This document shows, piece by piece, positions 63,513 to 64,000 of a DNA stretch of 64,000 nucleotides. The DNA comes from Halobacteroidaceae bacterium (GTDB lineage: Bacteria; Bacillota; Halanaerobiia; B1SED10-174). Below the pieces are notes generated by a model. The model was not told the DNA's origin, ran no database searches, and was given only the letters and a program-made list of their open reading frames with translations. The stretch covers positions 4,598-68,597 of the forward strand of contig PUNE01000022.1 of NCBI GenBank assembly GCA_003551665.1, written 5' to 3'. A program made the position numbers and the translations under genes. Position 1 is the first letter of the stretch. Each line of letters begins with the position of its first letter.

Positions 63513-63905
63513 ATGTACATTACCCTGGCCTGGATAAACGTTGTTTTACTTGTTCTGGGGTCACTTCTATTTGTTTCCCGGCGGGTTTTTAAAAGCCTTG
63601 GGAACAAAAAAACACCTTTTGCTTTATTTCTTCGAAAAATCATGCCCATCCTGCAAAAAATCCATCCCTTGATAGGGGTAAGTTTTATCATCATCGGGTT
63701 TATTCATGGTTACCTGGCACTTGGTGTAATAACACTACATACCGGCTATCTTGTCTGGCTTACCGCGCTATTAATGGGAATAGTTGCTACAGCAGGCAAA
63801 ACATTAAATATCAAACAACAAAGGTGGCTTATGCTCCACCGTCCCCTAGCTGTACTACTCTGGGTTTTGTTTTTAATTCATTATTTTTATCCCTGGCTGA
63901 TTTAG
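63513..63905 (+). CDS. hypothetical 4-TM membrane protein with conserved His pairs (DUF4405/cytochrome b-like?)
   Basis: 130 aa. SD AAAGGAGGAAACC precedes the ATG. Four hydrophobic helices with His near the helix ends (IHPLIGV, FIHGYLAL, LHRPLAV, LIHYF). Followed by hairpin AGCTCCCGGaaaaCCGGGAGCT (63908-63929). Confidence 0.5.
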   Translation: MYITLAWINVVLLVLGSLLFVSRRVFKSLGNKKTPFALFLRKIMPILQKIHPLIGVSFIIIGFIHGYLALGVITLHTGYLVWLTALLMGIVATAGKTLNIKQQRWLMLHRPLAVLLWVLFLIHYFYPWLI

Positions 63906-64000
63906 AAAGCTCCCGGAAAACCGGGAGCTTCCATCAAAACCTTATTCTATTTCTGCATTCAAAGAGGCTCGACTGGAATGCCTGGTTCTTATATTTTGCG

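Noticed and set aside
63934-64000. Possible 3' end of a minus-strand gene (…AKYKNQAFQSSLFECRNRIRF*) at the window edge
   Set aside because: Only 21 codons are visible, which is too short to support a call.

Overview
AT-rich chromosomal segment with about 60 protein genes, almost all on the minus strand. No rRNA genes, CRISPR arrays, transposases, integrases or recognisable defence genes were seen. Gene content and order match a Bacillota (Firmicutes) core chromosome: L20-leader-like attenuator-infC(AUU start)-rpmI-rplT; T-box-pheS-pheT-zapA-cvpA-polX-mutS2; T-box-alaS-ireB-ruvX-DUF1292-mltG; asp23-amaP-like-nusB; pepP-efp; sleB; fur; tyrS; PBP1A; trkAH; and one tRNA-Val(GAC). An 11-gene type IVa pilus cluster (pilB, pilC, four pseudopilins, pilM, pilN, pilO-like, PilP-like, pilQ secretin) sits inside this backbone. 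Together with sleB, the secretin suggests a spore-forming diderm Bacillota lineage; this is inference. Items worth a second look: (1) an orphan plus-strand promoter-to-terminator unit at 2285-2439 that looks like a small RNA with anti-SD loops; (2) a GHKL-ATPase-only protein translationally coupled to an internally duplicated polytopic membrane protein (32780-34359); (3) an unlinked pilin gene next to a PAS histidine kinase and a REC/Rrf2-like-wHTH regulator (27892-31184); (4) a self-contained mini-gene for a 35-aa very basic peptide with an SD-sequestering switch (27451-27744); (5) three operon junctions where the conserved N-terminus of the downstream protein can only be reached from a near-cognate start codon (AUA, CUG, AUU) next to the upstream stop. 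All functional calls rest on motifs I read in the translations; no database search was possible.
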